61,912 nt of DNA from an uncultured Opitutales bacterium (GTDB lineage: Bacteria > Verrucomicrobiota > Verrucomicrobiia > Opitutales > CAYWEO01), in NCBI GenBank assembly GCA_964457855.1, contig CAYWEO010000006.1, forward strand, positions 1 to 61,912. Reading direction: 5' to 3'. The notes beneath the pieces are model-generated. The model searched no databases and was not told where the DNA came from. It worked only from the letters and a program-made list of their open reading frames with translations. Numbering within the stretch: position 1 is the stretch's first letter; every line of letters begins with the position of its first letter. Below are positions 27,284-37,787 of this stretch, one piece after another. The position numbers and the translations under genes were made by a program.

Positions 27284-28769
27284 GAAACTTAAAGAGCACA
27301 ACGATTTTAAGTGGGTCCGTTGGTGGTCAAATGGCAATCGTTTTGTTCAGTTGATGCTCATCGTTGGCTTGCTGATCGGCTGTAACGTGTTGTCATTTCG
27401 TTACTATACGCGTAAGGATTTGACGGCGAATGGACGGTATTCGTTGAGTCCAGAAACTGTGGCGCATTTAAAACAAATCAAAAAGCAGCCCATCAATATC
27501 GTTGTGATTGGCGCTTGGCATTCGACCCAAGCGGGAGTAAAGACGTTTTACGAGGATGTCCGGCATTTGCTGAAAGAATTTGCCTATTGGGGACAGAAAG
27601 AGGCCGACTTGCCCTTAACCATTGAGTATGTGGATGTTTTTTTGCAGCGGAAACGCGTCGATGAGCTCGTTCAGCAGTATGGAGTGCAGAAGGAAAACGT
27701 TGTCATTGTCGCAAGCGGTGAGAAATTCCACTTGCTGGAGGCGGCAGATTTTTACATTTCCAACCGACAAAAAGTTGTTCAATTCCAAGGGGAAAACGTC
27801 CTAATGCGAGCCTTGCTGGACGTCGTTAGCGAAAAGAAGGTCAAAGTTTATTTTACCGATGGCCATGGAGAAATGGATCCTTTCAGCGCGGATGCGGTGC
27901 CTGGCTTGAGTCAGGTGCAAGAATGCCTCACACAGAGGAACTTAGCGGTTGAAAAGGTGAATCTTTTGTCGTCAAAAACGGTTCCCAGCGATTGCAATTT
28001 GCTCATCATTGCGGGTCCGCGGAAAGCGTTTTTGCCCGAGGAGGAGGAGGTTGTCAGGCGATTTGTTGAGGAAAGGCAGGGGCATTTGCTTGTGCTGCTC
28101 AATGCGATGACTCAGCACGGCCTCGATAACGTCTTTTTTGACTGCGGGATTTTGGCGGCGGATCGCGTCGTCGTCGATCCGGAAACGCGCAATAAAACGG
28201 TCCATGGAGACCTCATTGTGAAACGTTATGCGCAGCATCCCATCACGCAGATGTTGCTGGACACGCAGTTACCGACGTTGATGGGCCTTTGCCGGCCGAT
28301 TAGTGTAGACATCGGAGCCAATGCCGTTTCAGGGCGTTCCATTGTGCCGTTATTGTTCACAACTGACACTAGTTTTGCGAAAAAGCGTTATCAGGCGCTC
28401 GGAACTGCGTTAACCTTTGATCCTGAGGTGGATGTTAAAGGGCCCTTGCCGTTAGTTGTCTTGAGTGAGAAAACAACAAGCAATAAGTTGGGCTTAGCGA
28501 TTCCTGGAGAACGGGTTTTAGTGTTTGGCAACGCACAATTCATCGGAAATCGTCAAATCGGTGCTCTTGGGAACAAGTTGTTGCTCTTGAACAGCATGCA
28601 TTGGCTTTTAGAGGAAGTGTATCCCTTTCATGTCGCTCCGAAATCATTAACGGTTTTTCAGATGCAAGTTAGCAAGCGTGATTTGCTGTTGGCAGGTACG
28701 CACTTACTGATTTTACCTTTGATCTTAGGTGCGATGGGGATTTTTGTTTGTTTTCTACGGAGACGTTGA
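27276..28769 (+). CDS. ABC transporter auxiliary component (GldG-like)
   Basis: Has N- and C-terminal TM anchors. Carries the motifs NGRYSLSPETVAHLKQIKKQPINIVVI and YFTDGHGE, typical of the GldG/ABC_transp_aux family. It overlaps the permease gene by 8 nt. Confidence 0.72.
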   Translation: MIKKLKEHNDFKWVRWWSNGNRFVQLMLIVGLLIGCNVLSFRYYTRKDLTANGRYSLSPETVAHLKQIKKQPINIVVIGAWHSTQAGVKTFYEDVRHLLKEFAYWGQKEADLPLTIEYVDVFLQRKRVDELVQQYGVQKENVVIVASGEKFHLLEAADFYISNRQKVVQFQGENVLMRALLDVVSEKKVKVYFTDGHGEMDPFSADAVPGLSQVQECLTQRNLAVEKVNLLSSKTVPSDCNLLIIAGPRKAFLPEEEEVVRRFVEERQGHLLVLLNAMTQHGLDNVFFDCGILAADRVVVDPETRNKTVHGDLIVKRYAQHPITQMLLDTQLPTLMGLCRPISVDIGANAVSGRSIVPLLFTTDTSFAKKRYQALGTALTFDPEVDVKGPLPLVVLSEKTTSNKLGLAIPGERVLVFGNAQFIGNRQIGALGNKLLLLNSMHWLLEEVYPFHVAPKSLTVFQMQVSKRDLLLAGTHLLILPLILGAMGIFVCFLRRR

Positions 28770-28772
28770 ATT

Positions 28773-30602
28773 ATGCGGAGTTTAAAATTAACGGTTATTT
28801 TGTTGTGCCTGAACGGGATCGTGTTCAGCGCGATTTATTATTTCGAACACAAAACGCGAGAAGTGTCGACTTATAACGGAATTTTGAATTCTGGCATCAA
28901 GGAAGTGACTTTTCTTAAAGTATCTTCTAAGGGAACGAGTTACACATTGCAAGCAAGCGGAGATGGAGCTTGGGAGATGGCGTCTCCCGTTCAATGGCCA
29001 GCAAATCCCTTTGCGGTTCAAAAGATTTTGTCTCAATTGCAATTTCTGACGAAAAGTATCTCATTCCCCGTCAAAGAGTTAAAGGAAAAAGAACATGCCT
29101 TATCCGATTACGGTCTGGATCGGCCGGTCATCAGTGTGCAGTTTGGAGACAAAACGACGACAAAAGTGATTCATTTGGGGCAGTCCACGCAGGTCGGTGG
29201 GCATTTTTACGCGCTGGATCCCGCAAAAGAGAATATTTTGGTTGTCGATCAATTGTTTGTGGATGCGCTTTCTCAAGGTGTGGGGGATTTTATGGAGCGG
29301 CATGTTTTCCAAATTCCTCCATTTGAAGTGAAGTCGTTGAATATTAAGGCTGTTGACAATGTTGTGTTGTCTCTCGGAAAGAAAGAATCCGGCTGGCACA
29401 TGGAAGTTCCCATTCAAGTGCGCGTGAATGAGGACATGTTAAACACTCTTTTGGGTCAAATCACAAATACGTCCGTGGAGCGTTTTGTGGACGAAAAAGA
29501 GATTGATTTGGTGAAGTTTGGGTTGATGATTCCGCAAATAAAGTTGCAGGTTAAGGGCAATAAACGCGACGAAATTTTGTGGATCGGAAGCCCTGTCAGT
29601 GATGGAGTTAAGGAACCAACAGAGTGTTTTGCAAAGCTGGAAACGCGTCCAAGTGTATTCGTGATCAAAAATGGTTTGGTGGAGCATTTAAAGGACGGCC
29701 AAAGTCTTTTGCGCGAAAAAAAGCTCCTGTTTTTCGACAAAACGCACATTCTCGGGATCGAAATTGTGCGCGATCATAAGAAAATCACGTTACAAAAATT
29801 AGAAACTGGAAAGTGGCAAGTGCTTTATCCGGAGAATGGGAAAATGGAGTTCCTTCATGCCGATGATCGTGTGATTAATAGGCTATTTACGACGCTGGAA
29901 GATTTTCGAGCAGAACAGTTTGTGAACGATGCACCGTCGGCCGCAGATGTCCACAAATTCGGATTAGACAAGCCCAGTTGCGTGATTCGCTTATTCAATC
30001 ACGATGAAAAAAGTCTTTCTCTCGCAGAGGGTTCTGATGGTGGTTTGTACGCTAGGGTACAAGAGGAGCCTTTTGTCTACAAAGTTTCGAAAGCGTTTTT
30101 AGATCAATTCCCCTTGCAACCTTTTTATTACAGCGAGCGCGTTGTGTGGGATTTGCCTCAGGAGTCGGTTGTAGAAAGCATTGCCCTTCAAGATCTTAAG
30201 GACGGAAAACAGTTGTGGAATTTTTCTACCAGCAACCCAAAAGAAACGACTGATAACCATGAAAGCAGTCAAGATACTGCATTTAAAACCCATTTGTTGC
30301 AGACTATCAAACACTTAGACGTTGCTGAGGTGTTAGGTGTTTTTCATGAAAATGGGTACTTGTATGAGCAAAAGCAGTTGCATTGGAGGTATTTGCTGAA
30401 GGTAACCTATTTGGTGGAAAATGCTGTTGGGCAAGAGGAACATCGCGAAGAAGCACTTTACTTGACGGAACATTTTGGAGGCGATTTGCAAATAGGGGGT
30501 GTACGTGGTAAACGATTGGTATTCAAGCTTTCTAAGGATTGGATTGCGAATTTTATAAAATTGCTCGAAAGCACGGGTAAACCATTATCGACCAACAATT
30601 AA
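28773..30602 (+). CDS. N-terminally anchored periplasmic protein, DUF4340-like by position
   Basis: Has a single N-terminal TM segment. It occupies the slot after GldG that DUF4340 proteins usually occupy. The assignment rests on context only. Confidence 0.5.
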   Translation: MRSLKLTVILLCLNGIVFSAIYYFEHKTREVSTYNGILNSGIKEVTFLKVSSKGTSYTLQASGDGAWEMASPVQWPANPFAVQKILSQLQFLTKSISFPVKELKEKEHALSDYGLDRPVISVQFGDKTTTKVIHLGQSTQVGGHFYALDPAKENILVVDQLFVDALSQGVGDFMERHVFQIPPFEVKSLNIKAVDNVVLSLGKKESGWHMEVPIQVRVNEDMLNTLLGQITNTSVERFVDEKEIDLVKFGLMIPQIKLQVKGNKRDEILWIGSPVSDGVKEPTECFAKLETRPSVFVIKNGLVEHLKDGQSLLREKKLLFFDKTHILGIEIVRDHKKITLQKLETGKWQVLYPENGKMEFLHADDRVINRLFTTLEDFRAEQFVNDAPSAADVHKFGLDKPSCVIRLFNHDEKSLSLAEGSDGGLYARVQEEPFVYKVSKAFLDQFPLQPFYYSERVVWDLPQESVVESIALQDLKDGKQLWNFSTSNPKETTDNHESSQDTAFKTHLLQTIKHLDVAEVLGVFHENGYLYEQKQLHWRYLLKVTYLVENAVGQEEHREEALYLTEHFGGDLQIGGVRGKRLVFKLSKDWIANFIKLLESTGKPLSTNN

Positions 30603-30620
30603 AGACATTTTTAGGTTTCG

Positions 30621-33299
30621 ATGCGACGTTTTCTGACAGCTACTTTCAATTGCCTTTTGTTGGGAGTCGTTGGCTATCAACTCTATTTTGGGGTTCTTGG
30701 GAATACGTCTTGGATACGTTTATTGATGACAAAAGAGAGGGTTTTGGCGGAAATTCAGAACAAATTGCACTCTTTTCATGCAAAAGCAAATTTTTCGGAA
30801 ATGCTGTGGATTGGCAATCGCCATGTGCAATTTAGGGAGTTTTCTGTTGATTTACCGGGAGAGGATATCGGCAAATTGGCGTTTGAAAAAATCGATGTTT
30901 TTTTGGGACAATATGGGAAATTGAGGCAAATTTTCTTAAAAAATGGGTGTTTTGCGTTCCAAAATGGCCAAAATGGTACAAATGAGGTCATTATAAAAAA
31001 TGGTTCGTTGGTCATCGATATTGCGAAAAAAAAATGCAAAATCCAGCACTGTTCATTTGAGTTTTTTGGAATCCCTGTTGTGTTGTTGAGTCCATGCATA
31101 GTGGATGGGAAAATGCTCCCTTGGGGCGATTTTTTGCAGGAATTTCTCGAAGATTCAAGTCAAATGCTCCCACGGGTTAAGGAAGCTTGTTATCGCATGC
31201 AAGGAGCGTCTGTTGCGATTCGCGAATGGAATCCGCAAAAGATTTGCCTTCAATGTCTTGCGAAACGTCTGAATTCTCCGAACGTCTCTGGAGAGGATGT
31301 GCAATGCGATGTCGATGTGTCGATCATTCATAATCAAGGACTTTTGTGTTCTGTTAAGGGAAGGGGATGTAAGTTCCTATTGCGTGGCGTTTTGAACAAA
31401 AAGACGTTCCGGTGCAACGTCAATGAAGCTTGTTTTTCAGGAAGTTTTCCCGATTCACTCAATCGATGGGAAATGGTCGCTTGGACGTCAGGAAATCGGT
31501 ATGCGGGCAAAGCGATTGAACACATTTTCATCCACGCAGCTGCGAATGATAAAAAACGCAAGTTGTTGGTGCACTATGGCTTGCGTCATCGTCGAGACTT
31601 TTGGCTCAGGGGAAACCTGCGAAAGGCGCCTGTTGACGTCAATGCGAACAAAATACGCCAAAATACGTCAAAATTGATCGTTAATGTCGATGGAGAATGT
31701 TCCTTAGCGAGTATTTCTAACTATCTTCCCATCAATGATTTTTTTAATGAAGAATTAAAGCAAGTTACCCTAAAAGGTCCCTTATTTGTGAGAGGTAGCC
31801 TCCATCTGAACAACGGTGGTGTCGTCGTCCAAAAAGCCCATATGCAAGTTTCCACGCGGGGCGGGTGGTGGAGAAAACAAGGTGTTTTGGAGGCGTCTGC
31901 GGGCATTATCCTTAAGGGGCAAAGACTTACGGTGACAGATGCCACGTTTTACTTGAAGGCGCCTCAAGTTGCCCGCAAAGTCGTTCCAATTCCACACAAC
32001 AATACAAATCCAACAAAAATTACTTATGAGCACGATTTGCGGACACAAGTGGGGACTTTTTGGGTGCGAGGTGCTTTTAAGCACGATTGGCTCAATGATT
32101 ATTTGCCAGCTTGGTGGCAGGCTTATTGGAAAGACTTTCGTCTCACGCGGGATCCGATCGTCAATCTCTACGCAAAGGTTCCTTGGGAGGATGTGCAAAC
32201 ATTTTCTTTCTCTACGGAGGTGTTTGGGCAGTCGTTTATTTACAATAAGATTCCGATCAAAACTTTTTCCGGGACGATTTCTGGAGGGTCCTGGGGGGTA
32301 GAGAGTTTGAGGACGCGGATTGATTGCGAGCAAGGGGGACAAATTTTGGGTAAAATTCAGTGGTTTGTAGGCGGAAATCGGCCTTCAGTGAGCCGTTTTC
32401 AGGGGGATTTGCTGATGGGGTTAAGCGATCTCGAGACAGTGTTTGGCATGAAGCAGTTAGGGGCGATAAAAAGTTGGTTGGATTTGGGCAAAACGCGTCC
32501 CTGCATTCACTGCGCTTGGGAGCTTATGGGGGATGACTGGAAGAGACAAAAAATTGCCTTTTCTGGTCTCCTTCCGCGAGTAAATCTCTTTGAAGTGCCT
32601 TGCGAAAATGTCCGTTTTGGGGGAAATTTTCATGACAATCAGTGCACCGTGCAAACCTTTCAGGGGAATGTGCCGCCAAAAGGAACATTTCAGGCTTCCG
32701 GGATGTGCGGAAATGGAAAAGTGTTTCAAGGGAAGGTGTTACTGAATGATGTTGCTGCGAATCCCTTATTGGTGCGCTTTCAGAAAAGCAGTCATAAGAC
32801 GAATTTGGGTCTCTTGGATGCTGACTTTTCCCTCAGAGTCAATGACGGTAAGGATATCAAGGGGATGGCGAGTGAAGGAAAGTTTGCGTTGCATGCGGCT
32901 GACTTGGGGAATTTCTACCTTTTTGGAATGCTTTCCAAAATGCTCGGCAATATGTTTTTGAATTTTGGTGTGATGACCTTGGATCGAATAAAGTGCAATT
33001 TTGCTCTCAAAGAGGGTGTTTTGTCGTCCAACAATCTTGTCATCAAAGGCCCCAGTGTGAAGATAGCGGGAGGAGGGACCGTTGCGCTGGAAACGGGAGC
33101 TTTGGACATTAATTTGCACACGAGTCCCATGCAATTAGTTCCGATCTCCTTCGTTAGGAAGTTTTTAGACTTTGTTTTGCCAGTAAAGAATATTTTCGCG
33201 TTGAGTATCAGCTTGGAAGGGACGTTTAGTCAGCCCGAGTGGAAGGTGTATCCGAACCCTTTCCATCTTTTTGACAAGAATCATCAGAGCAAAAAGTGA
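30621..33299 (+). CDS. Large N-terminally anchored AsmA-like protein
   Basis: Has an N-terminal TM segment followed by a long beta-rich body. The C-terminal segment LKEGVLSSNNLVIKGPSVKIAGGGTVALETGALDINLH resembles the AsmA/TamB-type C-terminal module. Confidence 0.5.
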   Translation: MRRFLTATFNCLLLGVVGYQLYFGVLGNTSWIRLLMTKERVLAEIQNKLHSFHAKANFSEMLWIGNRHVQFREFSVDLPGEDIGKLAFEKIDVFLGQYGKLRQIFLKNGCFAFQNGQNGTNEVIIKNGSLVIDIAKKKCKIQHCSFEFFGIPVVLLSPCIVDGKMLPWGDFLQEFLEDSSQMLPRVKEACYRMQGASVAIREWNPQKICLQCLAKRLNSPNVSGEDVQCDVDVSIIHNQGLLCSVKGRGCKFLLRGVLNKKTFRCNVNEACFSGSFPDSLNRWEMVAWTSGNRYAGKAIEHIFIHAAANDKKRKLLVHYGLRHRRDFWLRGNLRKAPVDVNANKIRQNTSKLIVNVDGECSLASISNYLPINDFFNEELKQVTLKGPLFVRGSLHLNNGGVVVQKAHMQVSTRGGWWRKQGVLEASAGIILKGQRLTVTDATFYLKAPQVARKVVPIPHNNTNPTKITYEHDLRTQVGTFWVRGAFKHDWLNDYLPAWWQAYWKDFRLTRDPIVNLYAKVPWEDVQTFSFSTEVFGQSFIYNKIPIKTFSGTISGGSWGVESLRTRIDCEQGGQILGKIQWFVGGNRPSVSRFQGDLLMGLSDLETVFGMKQLGAIKSWLDLGKTRPCIHCAWELMGDDWKRQKIAFSGLLPRVNLFEVPCENVRFGGNFHDNQCTVQTFQGNVPPKGTFQASGMCGNGKVFQGKVLLNDVAANPLLVRFQKSSHKTNLGLLDADFSLRVNDGKDIKGMASEGKFALHAADLGNFYLFGMLSKMLGNMFLNFGVMTLDRIKCNFALKEGVLSSNNLVIKGPSVKIAGGGTVALETGALDINLHTSPMQLVPISFVRKFLDFVLPVKNIFALSISLEGTFSQPEWKVYPNPFHLFDKNHQSKK

Positions 33300-33367
33300 A
33301 AATTGGCTTTCGTTGGCCATTTTGGCCCATACAACCATTCAGCATAACCATCCACAATCTATATTCT

Positions 33368-34636
33368 ATGAAAACGAACTTATCTAAACAAATCATCATG
33401 GGAGCCGTTATTGCCGCCAACCTACTGTGCTCAGCAACGTACGGTATGAAAGAGAATAACAAGATCGAAAACGATAGCAAAATCGAGAATAACGAGCAGA
33501 AGTTTTCTGATGGAGATGACAATGAAGTCTATGGCCCGTGTAAGCGTGCTGGCGATAGCAAGGAGAGAAGCAACGAGGAAAAACTCCTTGATTGTGCAGA
33601 GAATTCCGATTTTCAAAAGCCATCCATTGTCTTCAATAGTGATGAATATCTTACTGTGAAATATGGCACAGATAAGTGCATTACAAAGCTATTGGAATCA
33701 GAACCTCGTATGAAAACACTTAAATGGATTCATGTCGAAAACTGCATACTGGTTGAAAAAAAAACGGTTAATCGCTTGGTTGAATGCTGTAAAAACTTGG
33801 TGCGTTTCGACATGATTTCTTGCACGACTACATTCTATGCGCTCAAGACCATCGTCAAGTGTTATCAAAACCTCCTTGTTATTTGGCTCATAAAAATGGA
33901 CATCCCAAACCAAGTTGCCGTCGCAATCGCCCATAGTTGCAAGTACCTGAGCTCGTTTTACGCGATCGAGACTGAAATTGACGATATCGGTTTCATTGAG
34001 ATAGCAAAACACTGCAAAGAGCTAAAACGCATCCACGTATCTCATAGCAAAGCAACAGACAATACTTTGATCGCTTTTTCAGAATGCACATCTCTGACAA
34101 TAGTTGATGCAGGTTCTTGCAATAAAATCAAAGGCCCGGGCGTCTCAGCGTTGATGAAAAATTGCTCAAATATCACCTATCTTAACGTTTGGTATAACGA
34201 CTTGAGTGAACAAGCTGTCATCGATATTGGAACGTATGGCAGGAATGTGAAGACACTTTACCTTGATCACTCTGATGGAGTCACCAATAAAAGCATCTTG
34301 GCTCTTGCTGGGTCGGTATCTTTGCAAGATCTCTCCCTGCAAGACTGCTGGCAAGTTTCCAACGAAGGCGTTATCAATGTAATCAAAAATTGCCCCATCA
34401 CTAGGCTCAACTTGTGTCTTTGTCGTAAAATAGACGATACAGTCATTGCAGCACTTGCGGAAAAGAATCAAATAGAAGATCTGAATATCTACTACTGTAA
34501 GAAAGTAACGAAAGAAGCAGTGAAAATGCTGACAAACTGCAGTAAATTAAAGCACATTCGTGTATCTTGTTCGGGAATAGACGATGAAGAAAGCATCAAG
34601 CGACTAAAAGAAGCTGGAATTGAGATCAAAAAATAG
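33368..34636 (+). CDS. Secreted eukaryote-like cysteine-type LRR (FBXL/RNI-like) protein
   Basis: The signal peptide is MKTNLSKQIIMGAVIAANLLCSATYG. About 10 repeats of roughly 26 aa follow, with the pattern C.nL..l.l..C..itD.g. (CKNLVRFDMISC, CKELKRIHVSHS, CSNITYLNVWYN, CPITRLNLCLCRKIDD). No F-box was seen. Confidence 0.8.
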   Translation: MKTNLSKQIIMGAVIAANLLCSATYGMKENNKIENDSKIENNEQKFSDGDDNEVYGPCKRAGDSKERSNEEKLLDCAENSDFQKPSIVFNSDEYLTVKYGTDKCITKLLESEPRMKTLKWIHVENCILVEKKTVNRLVECCKNLVRFDMISCTTTFYALKTIVKCYQNLLVIWLIKMDIPNQVAVAIAHSCKYLSSFYAIETEIDDIGFIEIAKHCKELKRIHVSHSKATDNTLIAFSECTSLTIVDAGSCNKIKGPGVSALMKNCSNITYLNVWYNDLSEQAVIDIGTYGRNVKTLYLDHSDGVTNKSILALAGSVSLQDLSLQDCWQVSNEGVINVIKNCPITRLNLCLCRKIDDTVIAALAEKNQIEDLNIYYCKKVTKEAVKMLTNCSKLKHIRVSCSGIDDEESIKRLKEAGIEIKK

Positions 34637-34860
34637 TAACGACACGGAGACGCCTTAATTGTACAGAAAATACTCGATTTTCGGCGTCTTGTAGCTGCTT
34701 ATCTTGCCGTCCTTCATCACTTTAACCGTTGTTCTGCGTTTATGTGATGGTTAAGGGCCTTCACAAAATAACAAACAATGAGAGAATTCGCTTGAAAATT
34801 GTTTGTCGTTACCTTACAAAGTTTATCTAAAGATCCTAAAAACTTGGAGGGTAATTAATT

Positions 34861-35340
34861 GTGAATATTAAAGACGTTAAAGACTTATTGCAGGTAATCA
34901 AAGACTTTGATCTCACTAAATTTGAAATTGCTGAAGGCGATTTTAAATTATCCATTGAACGTGGGCAAACTCACGTGCATGGTGCTGGTTCTGGAACCGC
35001 TCAGGCGAGTCCCGTTATTGTCTCGCATGGAATGGTAGCGCCGACATCGGTGAGTGCAGCGAATGCCGCCCAGCCAGTAGTGGAAGACCCCAATGTCGTG
35101 TACATCAAATCGCCCATCGTTGGGACGTTTTACCGTTCGCCATCGCCGGAAAGGCCGTCGTTTGTTGAGGTGAATTCGAAGGTGTCGCCCGATACGGTTG
35201 TGTGCATCATTGAGGCCATGAAAGTCATGAATGAAGTTCTTGCGGAAGTTAAGGGAACCATCGAAGAAATTCTCGTCGAGAGCGGAAAGCCCATCGAGTA
35301 TGGCCAACCACTGTTTAAGGTTAAGCTCGATAAAAACTAA
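34861..35340 (+). CDS. accB: Biotin carboxyl carrier protein of acetyl-CoA carboxylase
   Basis: Carries the biotinylation motif EAMKVMNEV. It uses a GTG start preceded by GGAGGG. Confidence 0.9.
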   Translation: MNIKDVKDLLQVIKDFDLTKFEIAEGDFKLSIERGQTHVHGAGSGTAQASPVIVSHGMVAPTSVSAANAAQPVVEDPNVVYIKSPIVGTFYRSPSPERPSFVEVNSKVSPDTVVCIIEAMKVMNEVLAEVKGTIEEILVESGKPIEYGQPLFKVKLDKN

Positions 35341-35360
35341 GAAAAGATCTTGAAATTACG

Positions 35361-36788
35361 ATGTTTCAGAAAATTTTAATCGCAAACCGAGGGGAAATTG
35401 CACTGCGCGTTGTTAGGGCCTGCAAGGAGTTGGGTATCAAGACGCTTGCTGTGTACTCTGAGGCAGATATCCAGTCCCTTCACGTCCAGCTTGCCGATGA
35501 GGCGATCTGCATTGGTCCGGCTTCGGCACAGGAGAGTTATCTGAAACCCCATCGTATCATCAGTGCAGCGGAAATTGCCGATGTCGATGCCATTCACCCC
35601 GGCTATGGATTTTTGTCGGAAAATGCTCGTTTCGCCGAGCAATGCGAAAGCTGTAACATCAAGTTTATTGGGCCGAAGTCCTCTGTGATCAGTCAGATGG
35701 GCGACAAGGCGCTTGCGAGGGCAATGGCACGTAAGGCAAAGGCACCCATTATTGTGGGCAGCGATGGCCCCGTCACGAGCGAGGAAGAGGGGCGTAAGTT
35801 GGCCAGTAAGATTGGATACCCCGTCATCATCAAGGCAGTAGGGGGAGGTGGAGGCCGTGGAATGCGTGTGGCCCATAACAGCGTTGCGTTTTCAAAGGAA
35901 TTCCATACCGCGCGTCTTGAGGCCGAAAAGTCCTTTAATAACAACGCCGTTTACATCGAGAAATTTATCGAAAATCCGCGGCACATCGAATTTCAAATTC
36001 TGGGCGATTCGCACGGGAAAGTGATCCATTTGGGCGAACGCGATTGTTCCATACAAAGGCGTTATCAAAAGCTGATTGAAGAGGGGCCGTCGCCGTTTTT
36101 AACCCCCAGTCTTCGGTCGGAAATGGGGAAAGTTGCGGTCAAAATTGCCGAGTCCTGTGGCTACGAAAACGCCGGTACCATCGAGTTTCTTGTGGATTCC
36201 AAAGGAAAATTCTACTTTATCGAGATGAACACGCGTATTCAAGTGGAACACGGTGTGACAGAAGAAATTACGGGCATTGATCTCGTTAAACAACAAATTT
36301 ATATCGCTGCCGGAGAACGCATTCAGTTTGATCAAAAAGATGTTAAAATCCAAAAACACGCGATCGAATGCCGCATTAACGCAGAAGATCCTACGCGTAA
36401 TTTTGCCCCTTCTCCAGGAACCATTCAGCTATACTACGCGCCAGGAGGTCACGGCGTGCGTGTCGATTCTCACGTTTATGGCGGCTACACAATTCCTTCG
36501 TTTTACGACAGCATGATTGGCAAATTGATCGCGTTTGGTCACGATCGCGTAACGGCCATTGATCGCATGTATCGTGCTCTGAGCGAATACATTATTCGCG
36601 GTGTTGCCACAACAATTCCGTTCTGCCAAGCGATTATGCGTGATCCCGTTTTTAGGCAAGGCAATGCAACGACCAAATATGTTGAGCAATTTATCGAGAG
36701 GAGTCCAAAAGAAGTCTTTCATCAAGAAGAATTTAACGTTGTAGAGAGGAAACATCATGAAGAGCGGAAAAAACGACAAAAAAAATGA
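35361..36788 (+). CDS. accC: Biotin carboxylase subunit of acetyl-CoA carboxylase
   Basis: Carries [11 protein letters not shown], the ATP-grasp motifs (GGGGRGMRV) and [10 protein letters not shown]. It has a short Lys/Arg-rich C-terminal tail. Confidence 0.95.
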   Translation: MFQKILIANRGEIALRVVRACKELGIKTLAVYSEADIQSLHVQLADEAICIGPASAQESYLKPHRIISAAEIADVDAIHPGYGFLSENARFAEQCESCNIKFIGPKSSVISQMGDKALARAMARKAKAPIIVGSDGPVTSEEEGRKLASKIGYPVIIKAVGGGGGRGMRVAHNSVAFSKEFHTARLEAEKSFNNNAVYIEKFIENPRHIEFQILGDSHGKVIHLGERDCSIQRRYQKLIEEGPSPFLTPSLRSEMGKVAVKIAESCGYENAGTIEFLVDSKGKFYFIEMNTRIQVEHGVTEEITGIDLVKQQIYIAAGERIQFDQKDVKIQKHAIECRINAEDPTRNFAPSPGTIQLYYAPGGHGVRVDSHVYGGYTIPSFYDSMIGKLIAFGHDRVTAIDRMYRALSEYIIRGVATTIPFCQAIMRDPVFRQGNATTKYVEQFIERSPKEVFHQEEFNVVERKHHEERKKRQKK

Positions 36789-37179
36789 AGTGAATCAAGC
36801 GGCTGGAGGCACGGGAGATATTAAGGTCAATCATGCCGTTGTAGGTAGCATCGTGCGACTTTCTGCACTGGAAGTTCAGGGTGTTTATTCCGTTGGCGGA
36901 GGGATTATTGACGGCATTACAGAAATATTCTCTAAAAGAGAGTCGGATCGTGGCGTTAAGATTTCAGAGGATGAGGATGGACGTTATGCTATCAACGTTA
37001 GAGTCATTCTTTTTTACGGTGTCGATATTGCCAAAGTTGCCTTGCAAATCCAACAAAATATTCGTACGCAAATCAAGCGGATGACGATGAAAGATGTTGC
37101 GAGCGTGGATATTATCGTTGATGGCATTAAAGTCGAAAACACGTCATCAAAAGGTGACTTGAATGAACCTTCTTCTTAG
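36757..37179 (+). CDS. Asp23/Gls24 family envelope stress protein
   Basis: Carries the Asp23-type segment [26 protein letters not shown]. It overlaps the accC end; an alternative GTG start lies at 36790. Confidence 0.8.
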   Translation: MKSGKNDKKNEVNQAAGGTGDIKVNHAVVGSIVRLSALEVQGVYSVGGGIIDGITEIFSKRESDRGVKISEDEDGRYAINVRVILFYGVDIAKVALQIQQNIRTQIKRMTMKDVASVDIIVDGIKVENTSSKGDLNEPSS

Positions 37180-37189
37180 GTAGATTGTT

Positions 37190-37759
37190 ATGAATCAAAT
37201 CAACTGGATGGAATTTTTGGAGAACGTAAAACAGCTGGCGCTTCAGCATCCTCGTGTGTCTGGAGTGTTATTGGGCGTTTTCGTCATCGTTTTAGTCGTT
37301 TGGTGGCGCTCTCGCTACATTAAAATCACAAAAGACTCGATGGGGTCCCTCAAGATTTCCAAAAAAGTGATCCGCGGGATGATTATCGAAACGTACAAGG
37401 GGATTGCTGGATTTAGGCGAACCCCCGTCGTTAAGGTGCGATTTTCGTGCGGGAAAATCCATTTCCGCCTTCGTGTGCAAATCGTCGATACTTGCAAAGT
37501 GAGCGAGTCCATTGAGGAGCTTCAACGGAAAATTTATGACCGCATGCAACACAGCTTTGGCGCCAATCGGGTCGGGAGTATCCATGTTCGTATCACGCGT
37601 TGCTTTTCATCCAATGCGAAGGTCGCTCAAATTGTCCAAGCGGTTACTCGAACGATTTCTAGAGAACCTTGCCGCAATTGTGATGGAAAACTGACGAGCG
37701 ATCGTAGTGGTTCTATCGAGGAAGTAGAGGCGTTTAAGGAATGGAAGTCCAAATGGTAG
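37190..37759 (+). CDS. Membrane-anchored hypothetical protein, possibly an AmaP-like Asp23 anchor
   Basis: Has an N-terminal TM segment (VLLGVFVIVLVVWW) and lies directly after the Asp23-family gene. The assignment rests on context. Confidence 0.4.
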   Translation: MNQINWMEFLENVKQLALQHPRVSGVLLGVFVIVLVVWWRSRYIKITKDSMGSLKISKKVIRGMIIETYKGIAGFRRTPVVKVRFSCGKIHFRLRVQIVDTCKVSESIEELQRKIYDRMQHSFGANRVGSIHVRITRCFSSNAKVAQIVQAVTRTISREPCRNCDGKLTSDRSGSIEEVEAFKEWKSKW

Positions 37760-37787
37760 GGGGCGGCAGCCTCAATTTTAAGCGCCT

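Noticed and set aside
34640-34760. A Rho-independent terminator after the LRR gene (GGAGACGCC...GGCGTCTT).
   Set aside because: The loop would be about 29 nt and there is no following T-run, so the evidence is not convincing.
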